Numbered from the whole stretch's first letter, positions 32,385 to 43,972 are shown. The stretch is 62,057 nucleotides of DNA, filler included, from 7 parts of 7 records of this genome joined end to end with filler, not necessarily neighbours in it; one strand, 5' to 3'. Numbers and translations: made by a program. The notes: generated by a model from the letters alone, not told the origin.

Positions 32385-33072
32385 TTATTTTGAGTTGGCT
32401 TTTTCAATGTTGATTTTTTTACCTTTAACTCTTGATTTATTTAATCCTTTGATTACTTTATCAGCGTATTTGTTATCAACTTCAAAGAATGAGAATTTTT
32501 CGTAGATATCAATTGAACCAACGTGTTTACCTTTAACATTACACTCACCTGTAATTGCACCAAGGATATCCCCTGGATTAACTCTTGAGTTTCTACCTAA
32601 GTTCATGTAGATTCTTGTCATATTTTCAGGAGTTTTTCTGTCTCTTCTATCTCTTCTGTCTCCGCCTCTATCATTTCTACCGTTTCTGTCGCCTCTATTA
32701 TCTCTTCTATCATTTCTACCTCTTGCAGTTTCGTTAACATCTTCGTTATCTATATCTTTACTTGCAAGTTCTAGAGAGTTTTTCATAAGAGCAGCTGCGA
32801 TATCATCGATTCCATATCCTTTATCTACAAGACCAACTAATACATCTTTGTATTTTGTTAAATCTTCATTTTCAATAACTCTAGCTAAGCTATCATTAAA
32901 GTGTTCAATTTTTTTAGTGTGTACTTCTGCACCAGATGGAACGTCAACTTTATCAATTTTTTTCTTGATATAGTATTCGATTCTCTTAAGTCTAGACATA
33001 TCAGATTTCGTTACGATTGAAATAGATTTACCTTCTTTTCCAGCTCTTCCACTTCTACCGATTCTATGTACG
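32385..33072 (-). CDS. DEAD-box RNA helicase C-terminal part (DeaD/CshA-like, DbpA RNA-binding domain), truncated
   Basis: Motif VI HRIGRSGRAG at the contig edge; RGD-rich linker; NPGDILGAI...GSIDIYEKFSFFEV. Confidence 0.9.
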
Positions 33073-33172
33073 NNNNNNNNNNNNNNNNNNNNNNNNNNNN
33101 NNNNNNNNNNNNNNNNTTAATTAATTAANNNNNNNNNNNNNNNNNNNNNNNNNNNNNNNNNNNNNNNNNNNN

Positions 33173-33400
33173 AAAATCATTCGCGCCTTCCAATGGTCCC
33201 ATTTTATTGATAACAGCCTGAATATCTGTCAAGGTCAGCTTGTGCTCATCTAAAATTCGCAGACGCTGTTTCATTAATACATCATAATCTGATATATCCC
33301 GGGTTGTGGCCTTTAATTCATCTATTCCTGTATATTTTGCAAAATTAATCCAAATTTCCGGAACCAGTACTCCTTCCAAATCAAGGCAGGCAATCTCCAT
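33173..33400 (-). CDS. thrH: Phosphoserine phosphatase/homoserine phosphotransferase, truncated
   Basis: MEIACLDLEGVLVPEIWI...TTRDISDYDVLM. Confidence 0.93.
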
Positions 33401-33567
33401 TATCCATCTCCTTTATAACCAATTTTAGTAATCGTATTAATGTCTTTCATTTTTATTCAATTCACTCCTTATCCGCCGTTTTGCTAATAATTAGAGTAAA
33501 TGAAATAGTTCGATTGTAATATAATAATTTCATCTCAAAAACCTGTGCAAAAATAGAACTGCACCGT

Positions 33568-34470
33568 TTAAATATTGTTGGCACGTTCAGCATCATAATT
33601 CTTTATTTTCTGCACAATCATAGCTTCCGCACCATGATACATTTCCTGAATAAAAGAATCATGAAATGGATAAACACGTTCCTCAAATGTCATGTCTTCA
33701 ACCCGGTCAAACAATTGCTGTTTCGCTCTTTCAATATCTTTTCCATAAATATGATAGGAATCAGCCTGCCAGTTCATCCGACCCAGTTTCACAGTCTTGC
33801 CCGTCTTTTCTGCCACACCTGCAGCGATAATGCCGTGGTTAAACTGGATAAAACCAAACATATTCATAAAGCTGGCACCCCAGGCATCATTACTTCGGAA
33901 GCGTATATTGCAATTCAACCATTGCACTCCTTCTTCATCTGTAAGAATTCGATACCATAAAGATTGAAGACATGGAGGATCGTAACAATCATTATCCAAA
34001 TTCGGCATCCATGTGATCATTTGAGCCTGTCGCGTAAAGGGTTGTTTTGCCAGTTTGTTTATCACTTTTTCTATCTGGTTTACAACAAAGGGCCCGGTTT
34101 CAACACTGGACTCCCCTGCTAATTCCTTCCATGCCCCGTAGGCGGCTAACCGGCCATGATAAGTATACTCCCACCGGGTGTCTTTAACATCATTTATGTT
34201 TTTCACCCAATGATCTTTAACGCCCTGTAATTCCATGGTATATTCTTTTAAATCTTCGATACCACCGGGAAAGGCTTTGTGAATCATCGGATCAGACCAG
34301 GGATTATTGATGGTTATATTCATTGTTGAATCAATACTGAGAGGATCACCTGGTTTGTCGTATTGGGTTTTTATACGAATCCCGTTATTATAGAGTGCTG
34401 TCAACGCTCTTTCATAAGCCTGAGCCAGTGAATCACCCTGCACATAAAGAACTGGAATATTTTGAATCAC
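33568..34470 (-). CDS. thyA: Thymidylate synthase, archaeal/methanogen-like type
   Basis: YTYHGRL, TRQAQMITW, PPCLQ, FRSNDAWGA.FMN and SYHIY. Confidence 0.8.
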   Translation of the reverse strand: MIQNIPVLYVQGDSLAQAYERALTALYNNGIRIKTQYDKPGDPLSIDSTMNITINNPWSDPMIHKAFPGGIEDLKEYTMELQGVKDHWVKNINDVKDTRWEYTYHGRLAAYGAWKELAGESSVETGPFVVNQIEKVINKLAKQPFTRQAQMITWMPNLDNDCYDPPCLQSLWYRILTDEEGVQWLNCNIRFRSNDAWGASFMNMFGFIQFNHGIIAAGVAEKTGKTVKLGRMNWQADSYHIYGKDIERAKQQLFDRVEDMTFEERVYPFHDSFIQEMYHGAEAMIVQKIKNYDAERANNI

Positions 34471-34561
34471 ATTTCCTCCTGCTGGTGTTTAAATATGAAA
34501 ATGCTTAAAAGACATCTTGCTCCTGTCCCGCCACATTGATCCGTAAAACAAACAATTATCA

Positions 34562-35863
34562 TTATAAAAGAATATCTGTCAGCGCTTTGTAATCGTTCTC
34601 TATTTTGGTGGCTGTCTTTTCCTTTTGCAAAACAGCACTCAATTCCTCAGGTAATTCATATTCTATATCAAGTGAATTGGTGACAATATCATAAAACTTG
34701 CCCGGATGCGCTGTTGAAAGAACAATAGCCGGATTATTCTTCAACTCCGGGTATTCGTTCCTGAATCTGGAAACCGCTTCAAAACCAACAGCTGTGTGTG
34801 GATCGATAATATATTTATCTTTTTCATATATGGCTTTAATTGATTTAACCGTATCCTGATCATTAACAGAAGTTGTCCAGATTTTATCATGGATTCTATC
34901 TATATTTTGATCATAAAGATCACGAATTCTCGCCCAGTTACTTGGGTTGCCAACATCCATGGCATTTGAAAGTGTTTTCACAGACGGTCTGGGATTATAT
35001 TGACCGGTTTTCATGTATTCCGGGATCACATCATTGGCATTCACAGCCGCAATAAACTTTTTAACAGGCAATCCCATGTGATGTGCAATCAGCCCACCAC
35101 ATAAATTCCCAAAATTACCGCTTGGAACACAAACGATAATATCTTGCAATCCTTTGTCAAGCAGGTTGCTAATGGCCCAGCCATAATAGAGCGATTGTGG
35201 CAGTAATCGACCAATATTTATGGAATTTGCCGATGTAAGGGCCACTTTTTCCCTGAGTTCCTGATCAGCAAAAGCACGTTTAACCAATGCCTGACAATCA
35301 TCAAATGTGCCTTCCACTTCCAATGCATGTACATTATCTCCAATGGTTGTCAGTTGTTTCTCCTGAAGTTTACTCACTTTACCGGATGGATAAAGCAAAA
35401 CAACCCGAATACAATCGACACGATGATAAGCCTGTGCAACCGCACTTCCGGTGTCACCTGAAGTGGCCACCAATATGGTAATCTTTTGTTCATTTCTGGT
35501 TAAAAAATGACACATAGAATGGGCCATGAACCTGGCACCAAAATCTTTAAATGACAATGACGGTCCATGATATAATTCCAGACAATAGGTAGTATCGTCC
35601 AGAGTTTTGATGTGGGGAGTAAAGTCATATGCATTGTTAATGACACTTTCAACATCACAGTCACTCATTTCTGCACATAACAGATCTTTTGTTATAGTTG
35701 AGGCAAAGTCATTGTAATTTTGATATGGAAGAGAATTTATATCGCTATAACTCTGTGGAAAAGAATCGGGCATATAAAGGCCTCCGTCCACTGCCTGCCC
35801 TGTAAATAATGCCTCGCGAAATGTAACGATCGGTGATTTTTTATTGGTACTGTATAATCTCAT
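34562..35863 (-). CDS. thrC: Threonine synthase
   Basis: DGGLYMP, HGPSLSFKDFG, ATSGDTG, SANSINIGR, VPSGNFGN, TAHPGKF. Confidence 0.97.
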   Translation of the reverse strand: MRLYSTNKKSPIVTFREALFTGQAVDGGLYMPDSFPQSYSDINSLPYQNYNDFASTITKDLLCAEMSDCDVESVINNAYDFTPHIKTLDDTTYCLELYHGPSLSFKDFGARFMAHSMCHFLTRNEQKITILVATSGDTGSAVAQAYHRVDCIRVVLLYPSGKVSKLQEKQLTTIGDNVHALEVEGTFDDCQALVKRAFADQELREKVALTSANSINIGRLLPQSLYYGWAISNLLDKGLQDIIVCVPSGNFGNLCGGLIAHHMGLPVKKFIAAVNANDVIPEYMKTGQYNPRPSVKTLSNAMDVGNPSNWARIRDLYDQNIDRIHDKIWTTSVNDQDTVKSIKAIYEKDKYIIDPHTAVGFEAVSRFRNEYPELKNNPAIVLSTAHPGKFYDIVTNSLDIEYELPEELSAVLQKEKTATKIENDYKALTDILL

Positions 35864-35899
35864 GGGTTCTTTCTGCTTTTTTTGATGTTCTTTTTCAGT

Positions 35900-38341
35900 T
35901 TAAGATAAATGTAATGCCAGGCTGATGATGTCAGCAAAAATACCGCCGGCTGTTACTTCGCGACCCGCTCCCGGTCCGTGTACTGTTAGAGGAGATTCAA
36001 AATAACGTTTTGTTTTAATTTGCACGATATTATCTGTTGCCCCTGCTTTGGCTAAAAGATTATCCTCAGGCACTTCCTGCATGGAGACAAGACAGTTCCC
36101 ATTATCAAAGGAGGCAACATATCGGAGCCGGTTGCCTTTTGCTGAAGCTTTGTCATGTAATTTTTTAAATGACTCGTCAACATGTGGTAACTCTTTCCAA
36201 AACTCATCCAGAGTCATGGACATAAATTCGTCCGGAAGCACCGGAGTGACCTTGACAGCATCCAATTCGATTTTGTGTCCGCTCTCTCTGGCCAGAATTA
36301 ATATTTTTCTTGCAACATCCATGCCGGATAAATCATCTCTTGGATCCGGCTCAGTAAAGCCATTTTGATGAGCTTCTTTAACAATATCACTAAAAGGTAC
36401 ATTGCGTACCAAATTATTAAAAATATAACTCAATGTTCCTGAAAGAATACCTTGTATATTGATAATATCATCGCCGCTGTTGATAAGATTCTGTAAAGTA
36501 TTAATGACCGGAAGACCGGCACCAACAGTCGCCTCATAACGATAATGCAAACGATGGTCTTTTGTCAGGCTCTTTAGCTGATTATAATAGTCCTGATCCA
36601 TCGTATTCGCCCTCTTGTTGGGAGTGACAATATGGAATCCCGCCTTTAAAAAATCAACATAACGAGTGGATATATCATCGCTGGCTGTAGCATCAACGAT
36701 AATTGTATTGACCAGCTTGAGATCTCTTACTTTGGTCAGTAATTTATTGATATTGGTTTTATGCTCAGAAGCATCCAGGAGCTTTTTCCAGTTTTTTAGA
36801 TCCAAACCATTTTCATCAAAGATCATTTTTTTACTACTAGCAAGACCACATATATTTAAAATAAGTCCTTTTTTCGCTAAAAGTTCCTCCTGTTCTTCCT
36901 CAATCTGTTTGAGCAACATCGAACCAATGGATCCTGTGCCGACCACAATGACATTTGCCACAGTTTGTGACAAATAAAAAGCAGAATGAATAACATTTAC
37001 AGCCTTTGTGGCCTCATCGCTATGGACAATCAAAGATACATTTCTTTCAGAAGAACCCTGGGCGATGGCAATCACATTAATGGAATTCTGGCCAAGTGAT
37101 TCAAAAAGTTTACCGGATATACCCGGTGTTCCTTTCATATTTTCGCCTACAGCAGCAATAATCGTCAATTCATCTGTTCGTTCAATTCTATCAATTTTTC
37201 CCGCTGAAATTTCTCTTTCAAATTCCTTTTTCAGTAACTTTTGTGCTGTTTTGGCCACTTTGGATTGAATGGCAAAACAAATGCTATGCTCTGATGACGC
37301 CTGAGAAATCATGACAACATTAATATTTTGCAATGCCAATGCACCAAACAATCTTTTAGCCACGCCCGGAACACCAACCATGCCACTTCCCTGAATATTT
37401 ATCAGGGATATGTCCCCAAACGAAGCAATACCTTTTACTGGATGTTCATAATCATTCCCATTGAGAGAGATAATGGTTCCTGGATTAGTCGGCGAAAATG
37501 TATTTTTGATCAACACCGGTATTTTTTTCTTTATGGCTGGCCCGATTGTCTGAGGGTGAATGACTTTGGCACCAAAATAAGACATTTCCATAGCTTCTTC
37601 ATAACTCACCTTTGGCAGCACAAAGGCATCTTTGACAAGTCTGGGATCAGCACTCATGAATCCGTTGACATCAGTCCATATTTCAATCTGATCTGCATTC
37701 AATGCGGCACCTAACAGGGAGGCTGTGTAATCCGAACCACCCCGGCCCAGCGTTGTTGTCACTCCTTCTTCAGTGGAACCAATAAAACCTGTAACCACAT
37801 AAACGTGAGCAGAAGTGAGCCTTTTTATCACTTTTTCATTTGTTTCATCAAAAAGCACATGCGCTTCACCATAATTATTATCAGTGACAATGATATCCCG
37901 CGAATCAATAAATTCTGTTTTTTCCTGTTTCTCGTTTAAAAGAATCGTTAGTAATTGGGCACAAATCCGTTCACCAAAGCTGAGAAGATAATCCATCGTT
38001 CTGGAGGAACATTCACGAACCAGGCTGATGCCTTTAACGATATCAGCCAATTCATCGAATAAAGGTGAAATTTTTTCAAGATTCTTATGGTTTTCGAACT
38101 CACATTTAAAGACATCCATATATTTCTGCTGGATTTCTTTCACTATATTTTGAGCTAATTCACCATTCGACTCGGCTGTTTGGGCGCATTGTAATAATTT
38201 ATCGGTAACACCGCTGGAGGCTGAAACCACAACGACAACAGTTTTACATTTCTTTTTTGTATCTAAAACAATGTCAGCAACATTTTTCACAATGTCCGAT
38301 GAACCAAGAGAGGTCCCGCCAAATTTTAAAACTTTTAACAT
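35900..38341 (-). CDS. thrA: Bifunctional aspartokinase/homoserine dehydrogenase I
   Basis: KFGGTS, LGRGGSD, two ACT domains, GTGSIG, EATVGAGLP, EPDPRDDLSG. Confidence 0.97.
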   Translation of the reverse strand: MLKVLKFGGTSLGSSDIVKNVADIVLDTKKKCKTVVVVVSASSGVTDKLLQCAQTAESNGELAQNIVKEIQQKYMDVFKCEFENHKNLEKISPLFDELADIVKGISLVRECSSRTMDYLLSFGERICAQLLTILLNEKQEKTEFIDSRDIIVTDNNYGEAHVLFDETNEKVIKRLTSAHVYVVTGFIGSTEEGVTTTLGRGGSDYTASLLGAALNADQIEIWTDVNGFMSADPRLVKDAFVLPKVSYEEAMEMSYFGAKVIHPQTIGPAIKKKIPVLIKNTFSPTNPGTIISLNGNDYEHPVKGIASFGDISLINIQGSGMVGVPGVAKRLFGALALQNINVVMISQASSEHSICFAIQSKVAKTAQKLLKKEFEREISAGKIDRIERTDELTIIAAVGENMKGTPGISGKLFESLGQNSINVIAIAQGSSERNVSLIVHSDEATKAVNVIHSAFYLSQTVANVIVVGTGSIGSMLLKQIEEEQEELLAKKGLILNICGLASSKKMIFDENGLDLKNWKKLLDASEHKTNINKLLTKVRDLKLVNTIIVDATASDDISTRYVDFLKAGFHIVTPNKRANTMDQDYYNQLKSLTKDHRLHYRYEATVGAGLPVINTLQNLINSGDDIINIQGILSGTLSYIFNNLVRNVPFSDIVKEAHQNGFTEPDPRDDLSGMDVARKILILARESGHKIELDAVKVTPVLPDEFMSMTLDEFWKELPHVDESFKKLHDKASAKGNRLRYVASFDNGNCLVSMQEVPEDNLLAKAGATDNIVQIKTKRYFESPLTVHGPGAGREVTAGGIFADIISLALHLS

Positions 38342-38994
38342 ATTTCTCCTTTTACTCTGGTATATCTGTACTTCGCCCTTAAAATATCTCGATTTATAAA
38401 ATCAATAGGATAATTTTGTTAATTAAAAGGTATGAGAGACGCGCAACACACATCAACTACACCGAAAACTTGTAGCTTTATGAGTTCATGAGGTAGGAAA
38501 ATTCGGTTCAAAGAATATGATTTTTTCTCATAACGCTAAAGATTATTAACTTTCTATAACAACTAAACCTTGATATAAAAATAACTTAAAACAATTTTAA
38601 TGTCAAGTGTAAAATTTAAATAAATTAAACATTTTACCGAAAATAGCTCACTAATTTATGTGACATTTTATCCAACACTCCATTTTCACTTTACATTATG
38701 GCTTTTTTTCTGCCGTCATTTTTTCATCAGACCTTAAAACCTTTTAAATTATTTATTTTCATTTGATTTATTTTTTATATATTACACAATTCAACAAAAT
38801 CCGGTCACGCATGTAGAGAATCATATTTTTGAATTTCGCACAATTCAATATTAATCATAATAAATAGTCAAAAAAAGTGTAAATTAAAAGCCACAGTTTC
38901 GCGTAAACTACACGCTGATTTGAGAAATAAACATAAACCAGAATCAATTACGAAAAACATCCATGACACAATTCACTTTTTCCGGGAGTCAGAC

Positions 38995-41462
38995 ATGAAA
39001 AAAACAATCGTTCTGCTGGCCAGCTTATTTTTTGCCTTATTTTATTCTCAGTGTATAAAAAGTAACAATAATGTTTACGTGTTGACAACACCGGCAGATA
39101 CCCGATATACGAACATAGATAAAAACGGAACAATCGTAATACCAAATGGCCGATTAGTAACCCCAATGGGTACAACATTTGAGGTCGCTCCACATCCATA
39201 CGGTCTCTCTCTCAGTCAGGACGGCAGCATTGCCGTAACAGCCAATTCCGGCATCAGGCCGCTGAGTATCACCATTATCCGGGACATCCAGTCTCAAAAG
39301 CCGGATATCCAGCAGATTCCAACGGGACCTTTAACGGACAAAGGTGTGCTGGCATCTGTTTTTATGGGCCTGGCAATCTCTCCGGATAATAAAACAGTCT
39401 ATGTGTCTGGCGGACAGGAAAATAAAATATATCTGTTTAATATCGCTACCGGGGATAAAACAGGCTTTATCGATTGTGCCACTCCAACAACTGATGACCG
39501 CTACGCTCATGGATATATTGGTGATATGATATTGTCACAGGACAGTGAAATCCTGTATGCCGTGGACCAGATCAATTTTGAACTGCTCATCATCAACACA
39601 CTGGAACGAAAAGTGAAAAACCGGATCACAGTGGGTAGATATCCCTTTGGTATTACACTTTCACGGGATGAAAAAAGTTTATGTCGCCAACGTTGGTATG
39701 TTTGAATATGAAAAAATTGTCCGCAAACTGAAAAAAAATGAAAAAGATGTCGGCCTCCCCTTCCCGCCTTTTGCCTATCAATCAAAACAGGCACGGGATG
39801 GCTTTGAGACAGATTCCGTACGTGTGCCCGGGTTGGGCGATCCGAATGCGCCGGAATCTTTTTCAGTATGGACAGTTGATCTGGAATCCTTAAAAGTCAC
39901 TGCCAAAATAAAAACCGGTTCCCTGGTCGGTGAGTTGATTGAAGATATTCCGGCTGTGGGTGGCTCCAGTCCGAATTCACTCGCCTGTGCTGGTAGCCTG
40001 ATATTTGTCAGCAACGGGAACAATGATAATATATCGGTTATTGATACTGAACAAGATACAGTCGTAAACACAATTCCGTTACGCCCGCATTCTTTTTTTA
40101 AACATTTCCGTGGCATCATTCCTTTCGGGCTCGCTGTCTCTCCTGATGAAAAAAGACTGTATGTAGCAGAATCCGGCATTAACGCAATTGCGATTATAGA
40201 CATTCCAAACCTGCAGGTTATTGGTCACCTTCCGGTGGGCTGGTTTCCTGCAAAACTAAAAGTCACTCCGGACAATAAAAAATTGATCGTTGCCAATGCA
40301 AAAGGTTATGGCAGTGGCCCCAATGGAGGAAAAGACTATAGTCCGGGTCCGGAAGGGACATATATTGGCAGTCTTATGAAAGGCTCTATAACCGTGCTGG
40401 ATATTCCAGCAGACAATAAACTGGCTCATTATACCCAAACTGTGGTAAATAATAATTTTTCCATTGAAGAAGCGAATTCACAACGATTTGAATGGAGAAA
40501 AGACAATCCGATCCCGTTATATCCGGGTCAAAAAGAATCACCTATTAAATATATTGTTTATGTATCAAAAGAAAACCGGACCTATGATGAGGTGTTTGGT
40601 CAGAATACCAATGGCGATGGCGACGCAACACTCGCTCGATATGGAACAGGGGCCACATTTACGAACAGGAAAAAAACCAGTAAAGTAGAGAACGCGACAG
40701 TCATGCCAAATCATCTGAAACTGGCAGAACGATTTTCCATGTCCGATAATTTCTATGTAGATGCGGACGTCTCTGCAGACGGGCACCGTTGGCTGGTGAA
40801 TACCTATCCCAATGAATGGGTGGAAACCACAACACCTGCCAGCTATGGAGGTAATCGGCGCTTCAAAGCAGACTCTAAAGCACCCGGCTATCTGGCCATG
40901 AACGGTGCGGCAGGAGCGATCTATCCGGAAGATTACAATGAAGCTGGTTCCATGTGGGATCATCTGGAACGTAATAATATTGAGTTTTACAATTTTGGTT
41001 TTGGTATTATGTTTGAACCGGCTAAATACGATGAGCATTTTAAATACACAGGCATTCGCCATTTGTATAATTTCCCGGTTCCAACTCCTATGTTCAACAG
41101 AACATCGAGAACCTATCCCACATATAACATGTCCATCCCGGATCAGTTCAGAATGGATATGTTCATCCGGGAATTCAATGAAAGATGGAGCACAGATACA
41201 AATCCCTTGCCCCCGGTCATCACTGTTATTTTACCAAATGATCATGGCGCCAGCGACAGATCTGAAGCAGGATACCCCTTCCGCGAAAGTTACATGGCAG
41301 ATAACGATCTGGCTCTTGGGCGGTTGGTTGAATTTTTATCACGGACCCCTTATTGGAAAAACATGGCCATTGTCGTTACAGAAGACGATGCTCAAAACGG
41401 TGTGGATCATATTGATGCTCACCGCAGCATTCTTATGGTCATCTCACCTTATGCCAAAAAAA
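38995..41462 (+). CDS. YncE beta-propeller plus alkaline-phosphatase-superfamily (phosphoesterase) protein; frameshift at ~39672; truncated
   Basis: PNGRLVTP, YVTN-like repeats, KENRTYD, SADGH, LPNDH and EDDAQNGVDHIDAHR. Confidence 0.88.
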
Positions 41463-41562
41463 NNNNNNNNNNNNNNNNNNNNNNNNNNNNNNNNNNNNNN
41501 NNNNNNTTAATTAATTAANNNNNNNNNNNNNNNNNNNNNNNNNNNNNNNNNNNNNNNNNNNN

Positions 41563-42345
41563 CGTTTCTTAGATCCACCACTACACGAATTCTTACCTCA
41601 CGAAGAAAACGACATAAAAGAATTAGCAAAAGAAATGGTTATGCCGTTTATCGAACTAGAATACACTATCGAAGGTTTAAAAGAATTCAACCCAATGCTT
41701 GGACACAGAGGATGTAGACTTGCGGTTACATACCCAGAAATTGCAGAAATGCAAACAAGAGCGGTTATCGAAGCTGCTGTAGAAGTCAGCAAAGAAGAAG
41801 GATTAAACATCCACCCAGAAATCATGATTCCACTAGTTGGTACAGATAAAGAGCTAAAATACGTAAAACAAATCGTTGTAGAAACTGCTGAAACAGTTAT
41901 TAAAGAAATGAATGCACAAATAGAGTATGCTGTTGGATCAATGATAGAAATTCCAAGAGCTTGCCTAATTGCTGATAGCGTAGCAAAAGAAGCTGATTTC
42001 TTCTCATTTGGAACAAATGATTTGACTCAAATGGTATTTGGTTTCTCACGTGATGATGCTGGTAAATTCTTAGATGATTACTACACAAAGAAAATCTACT
42101 CATACGACCCATTTGCAACAATCGACCAACACGGCGTCGGTACTTTGATGAAGTTTGCAGTTGAAAAAGCAAGAACAGAAAAACCAGATCTAAAAATTGG
42201 TATATGCGGTGAACACGGCGGAGAGCCAATGTCTGTTAAGTTCTGTCACGATATAGGAATGGATTATGTATCTTGTTCTCCATTCAGAGTTCCAATCGCA
42301 AGATTAGCTGCTGCACATGCTGCAATTCTTGCTGATAAAAAATAA
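41563..42345 (+). CDS. ppdK: Pyruvate, phosphate dikinase C-terminal part
   Basis: LDPPLHEFLP, EFNPMLGHRGCRL, FSFGTNDLTQ, GICGEHGG, CSPFRVPIARLAAA. Confidence 0.97.
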   Translation, partial: RFLDPPLHEFLPHEENDIKELAKEMVMPFIELEYTIEGLKEFNPMLGHRGCRLAVTYPEIAEMQTRAVIEAAVEVSKEEGLNIHPEIMIPLVGTDKELKYVKQIVVETAETVIKEMNAQIEYAVGSMIEIPRACLIADSVAKEADFFSFGTNDLTQMVFGFSRDDAGKFLDDYYTKKIYSYDPFATIDQHGVGTLMKFAVEKARTEKPDLKIGICGEHGGEPMSVKFCHDIGMDYVSCSPFRVPIARLAAAHAAILADKK

Positions 42346-42371
42346 GTAAATTTATTTAACAAGGCTCGTAT

Positions 42372-42407
42372 AACTACCACATCCTATTAATGTATGTGGT
42401 AGTTTTT
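42372..42407 (+). terminator. Intrinsic terminator
   Basis: AACTACCACAT...ATGTGGTAGTT followed by Ts. Confidence 0.8.
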
Positions 42408-42542
42408 ATTGTAAAAAAACCATCTATCTACAGTAATTTGTTTTATTTATTACATACTTAATAGCCTAAAACCCACATCATTTAAATATTGATAAAAATA
42501 TGATATAATACAAATGTAAATGGAGTGTAAAAAAAGGAAACC

Positions 42543-43204
42543 ATGATGGATTCGATTGAAATATTAATAAGATTAGGTTTAGCATTAGTAATAGGTGGTT
42601 TGATTGGGTTTGAAAGAGAAGTAAAACACAACCCAGCTGGTTTGCGTACCCATATTTTAGTTTCTATCGGTGCATGCACAGCAATGCTCACCAACGAATA
42701 TTTATTTTTAAAATACTTATCCTATTCAAGCACAGATATCGCAAGATTAGCAAGTTATGTAATTAGTGGTATTGGTTTTTTGGGTGCAGGAACAATCATA
42801 AAAGACGACTTTGGTATAAGAGGCCTAACAACAGCAGCAGGGCTTTGGGCAACTGCTTGCCTCGGAATAGCCGCAGGCTGCGGATTTTATTTTCTTGTAA
42901 TAGCAGCAATCGTAATAGTACTGTTTTCTCTAATCATACTAAAGTTTTAGAAAGCAAAGTTATTACATATAAAAATACATGTTCAATAGATATTCTCTTA
43001 AAAAAACCAACAGCAGATCTTTCAAAAGTTTATAAAATTCTAGCAGATAACAATGCAGATATTGTAAAGATGTCAATGGCGAGTAAAAAAGGTGTAGCTT
43101 CAAATGCCAAAATTAAAACAACAATGCCAAAAGACAAAAAAGCATTGTTCGAAATTTTGCAGAATCTAGATGATACAAACATAGAGCTTATACATTTCGA
43201 ATAA
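42543..43204 (+). CDS. MgtC/SapB family protein with ACT-like C-terminus; frameshift at ~42945
   Basis: IGFERE, AGLRTH, SGIGFLGAGTI and GLTTAAGLW. Confidence 0.9.
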
Positions 43205-43221
43205 ACAGTATTTGAAAAGCG

Positions 43222-43827
43222 CTACTTTACCTCAATTCCTCTAATAATTATATCGATATATAATTTATGAAAATCCACCCCTTCACAAAACTCATCGCTC
43301 AAATGATTTTCGCGCAATATAATGCGTTGAGAAATCGCCAAAAAGGATTGGCTTACAAACTCAAAAAGTTCAATTACAGATACATCATTACGTATAGACC
43401 CATCCAAAACACCCTGCTTTATCAGACTATAAAGCATTATTTTTTCTGGCTTAATGATTTCCATAAACTCATTATATTTATCCACTTTAGGGTAATCACC
43501 AACAAAGTATCTATCAAATTCAGCAGTAAACTTAATCATATCCTTTATCTTTATAACAGATACTTTATTAAAATAATCTATAACTCTATTCAATCCATTA
43601 TCACCGCTAGCATCTTTTGCCGTCCTATTTAAATAGTCATTAAGTTTTTTAAGCACAATAACCTCAACATTAAAGGCCAGCACATCTTTAGATTCAAAAT
43701 ACCTATAAAGTGTCCTTCTATTAATTTCAGCCACCTTAGCAATATCCATCATCTGTGTCTGCCCTATACCATTTTCAACAAAAAGCTTTTCCGCTATTCT
43801 CAATATATTACTTCTAGTATCTTCCAT
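43222..43827 (-). CDS. TetR/AcrR family regulator
   Basis: AEKLFVENG...DIAKVAEINRRTLYRYFESK HTH. Confidence 0.92.
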   Translation of the reverse strand: MEDTRSNILRIAEKLFVENGIGQTQMMDIAKVAEINRRTLYRYFESKDVLAFNVEVIVLKKLNDYLNRTAKDASGDNGLNRVIDYFNKVSVIKIKDMIKFTAEFDRYFVGDYPKVDKYNEFMEIIKPEKIMLYSLIKQGVLDGSIRNDVSVIELFEFVSQSFLAISQRIILRENHLSDEFCEGVDFHKLYIDIIIRGIEVK

Positions 43828-43869
43828 ACTCCCTGCCTTATAATATATTATTTCTCAACAAAATTTTTA

Positions 43870-43923
43870 TTGACTAATAAAACAAACTTTAATATAATTA
43901 TACCATAAAGCCACACGTGTGGC
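43870..43923 (+). promoter_or_regulatory. Sigma70/A promoter followed by a palindromic operator
   Basis: TTGACT-17-TATAAT (43870-43898); perfect palindrome GCCACACGTGTGGC (43910-43923); divergent from TetR. Confidence 0.7.
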
Positions 43924-43972
43924 ACTCTTTTTTATAATAGTTGTTCTAGGAAGATTCTGGAGGAAAAAGAAT

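Noticed and set aside
32640..32730. Short DNA repeats
   Set aside because: They encode the ordinary Arg/Gly/Asp-rich linker of the DEAD-box helicase.
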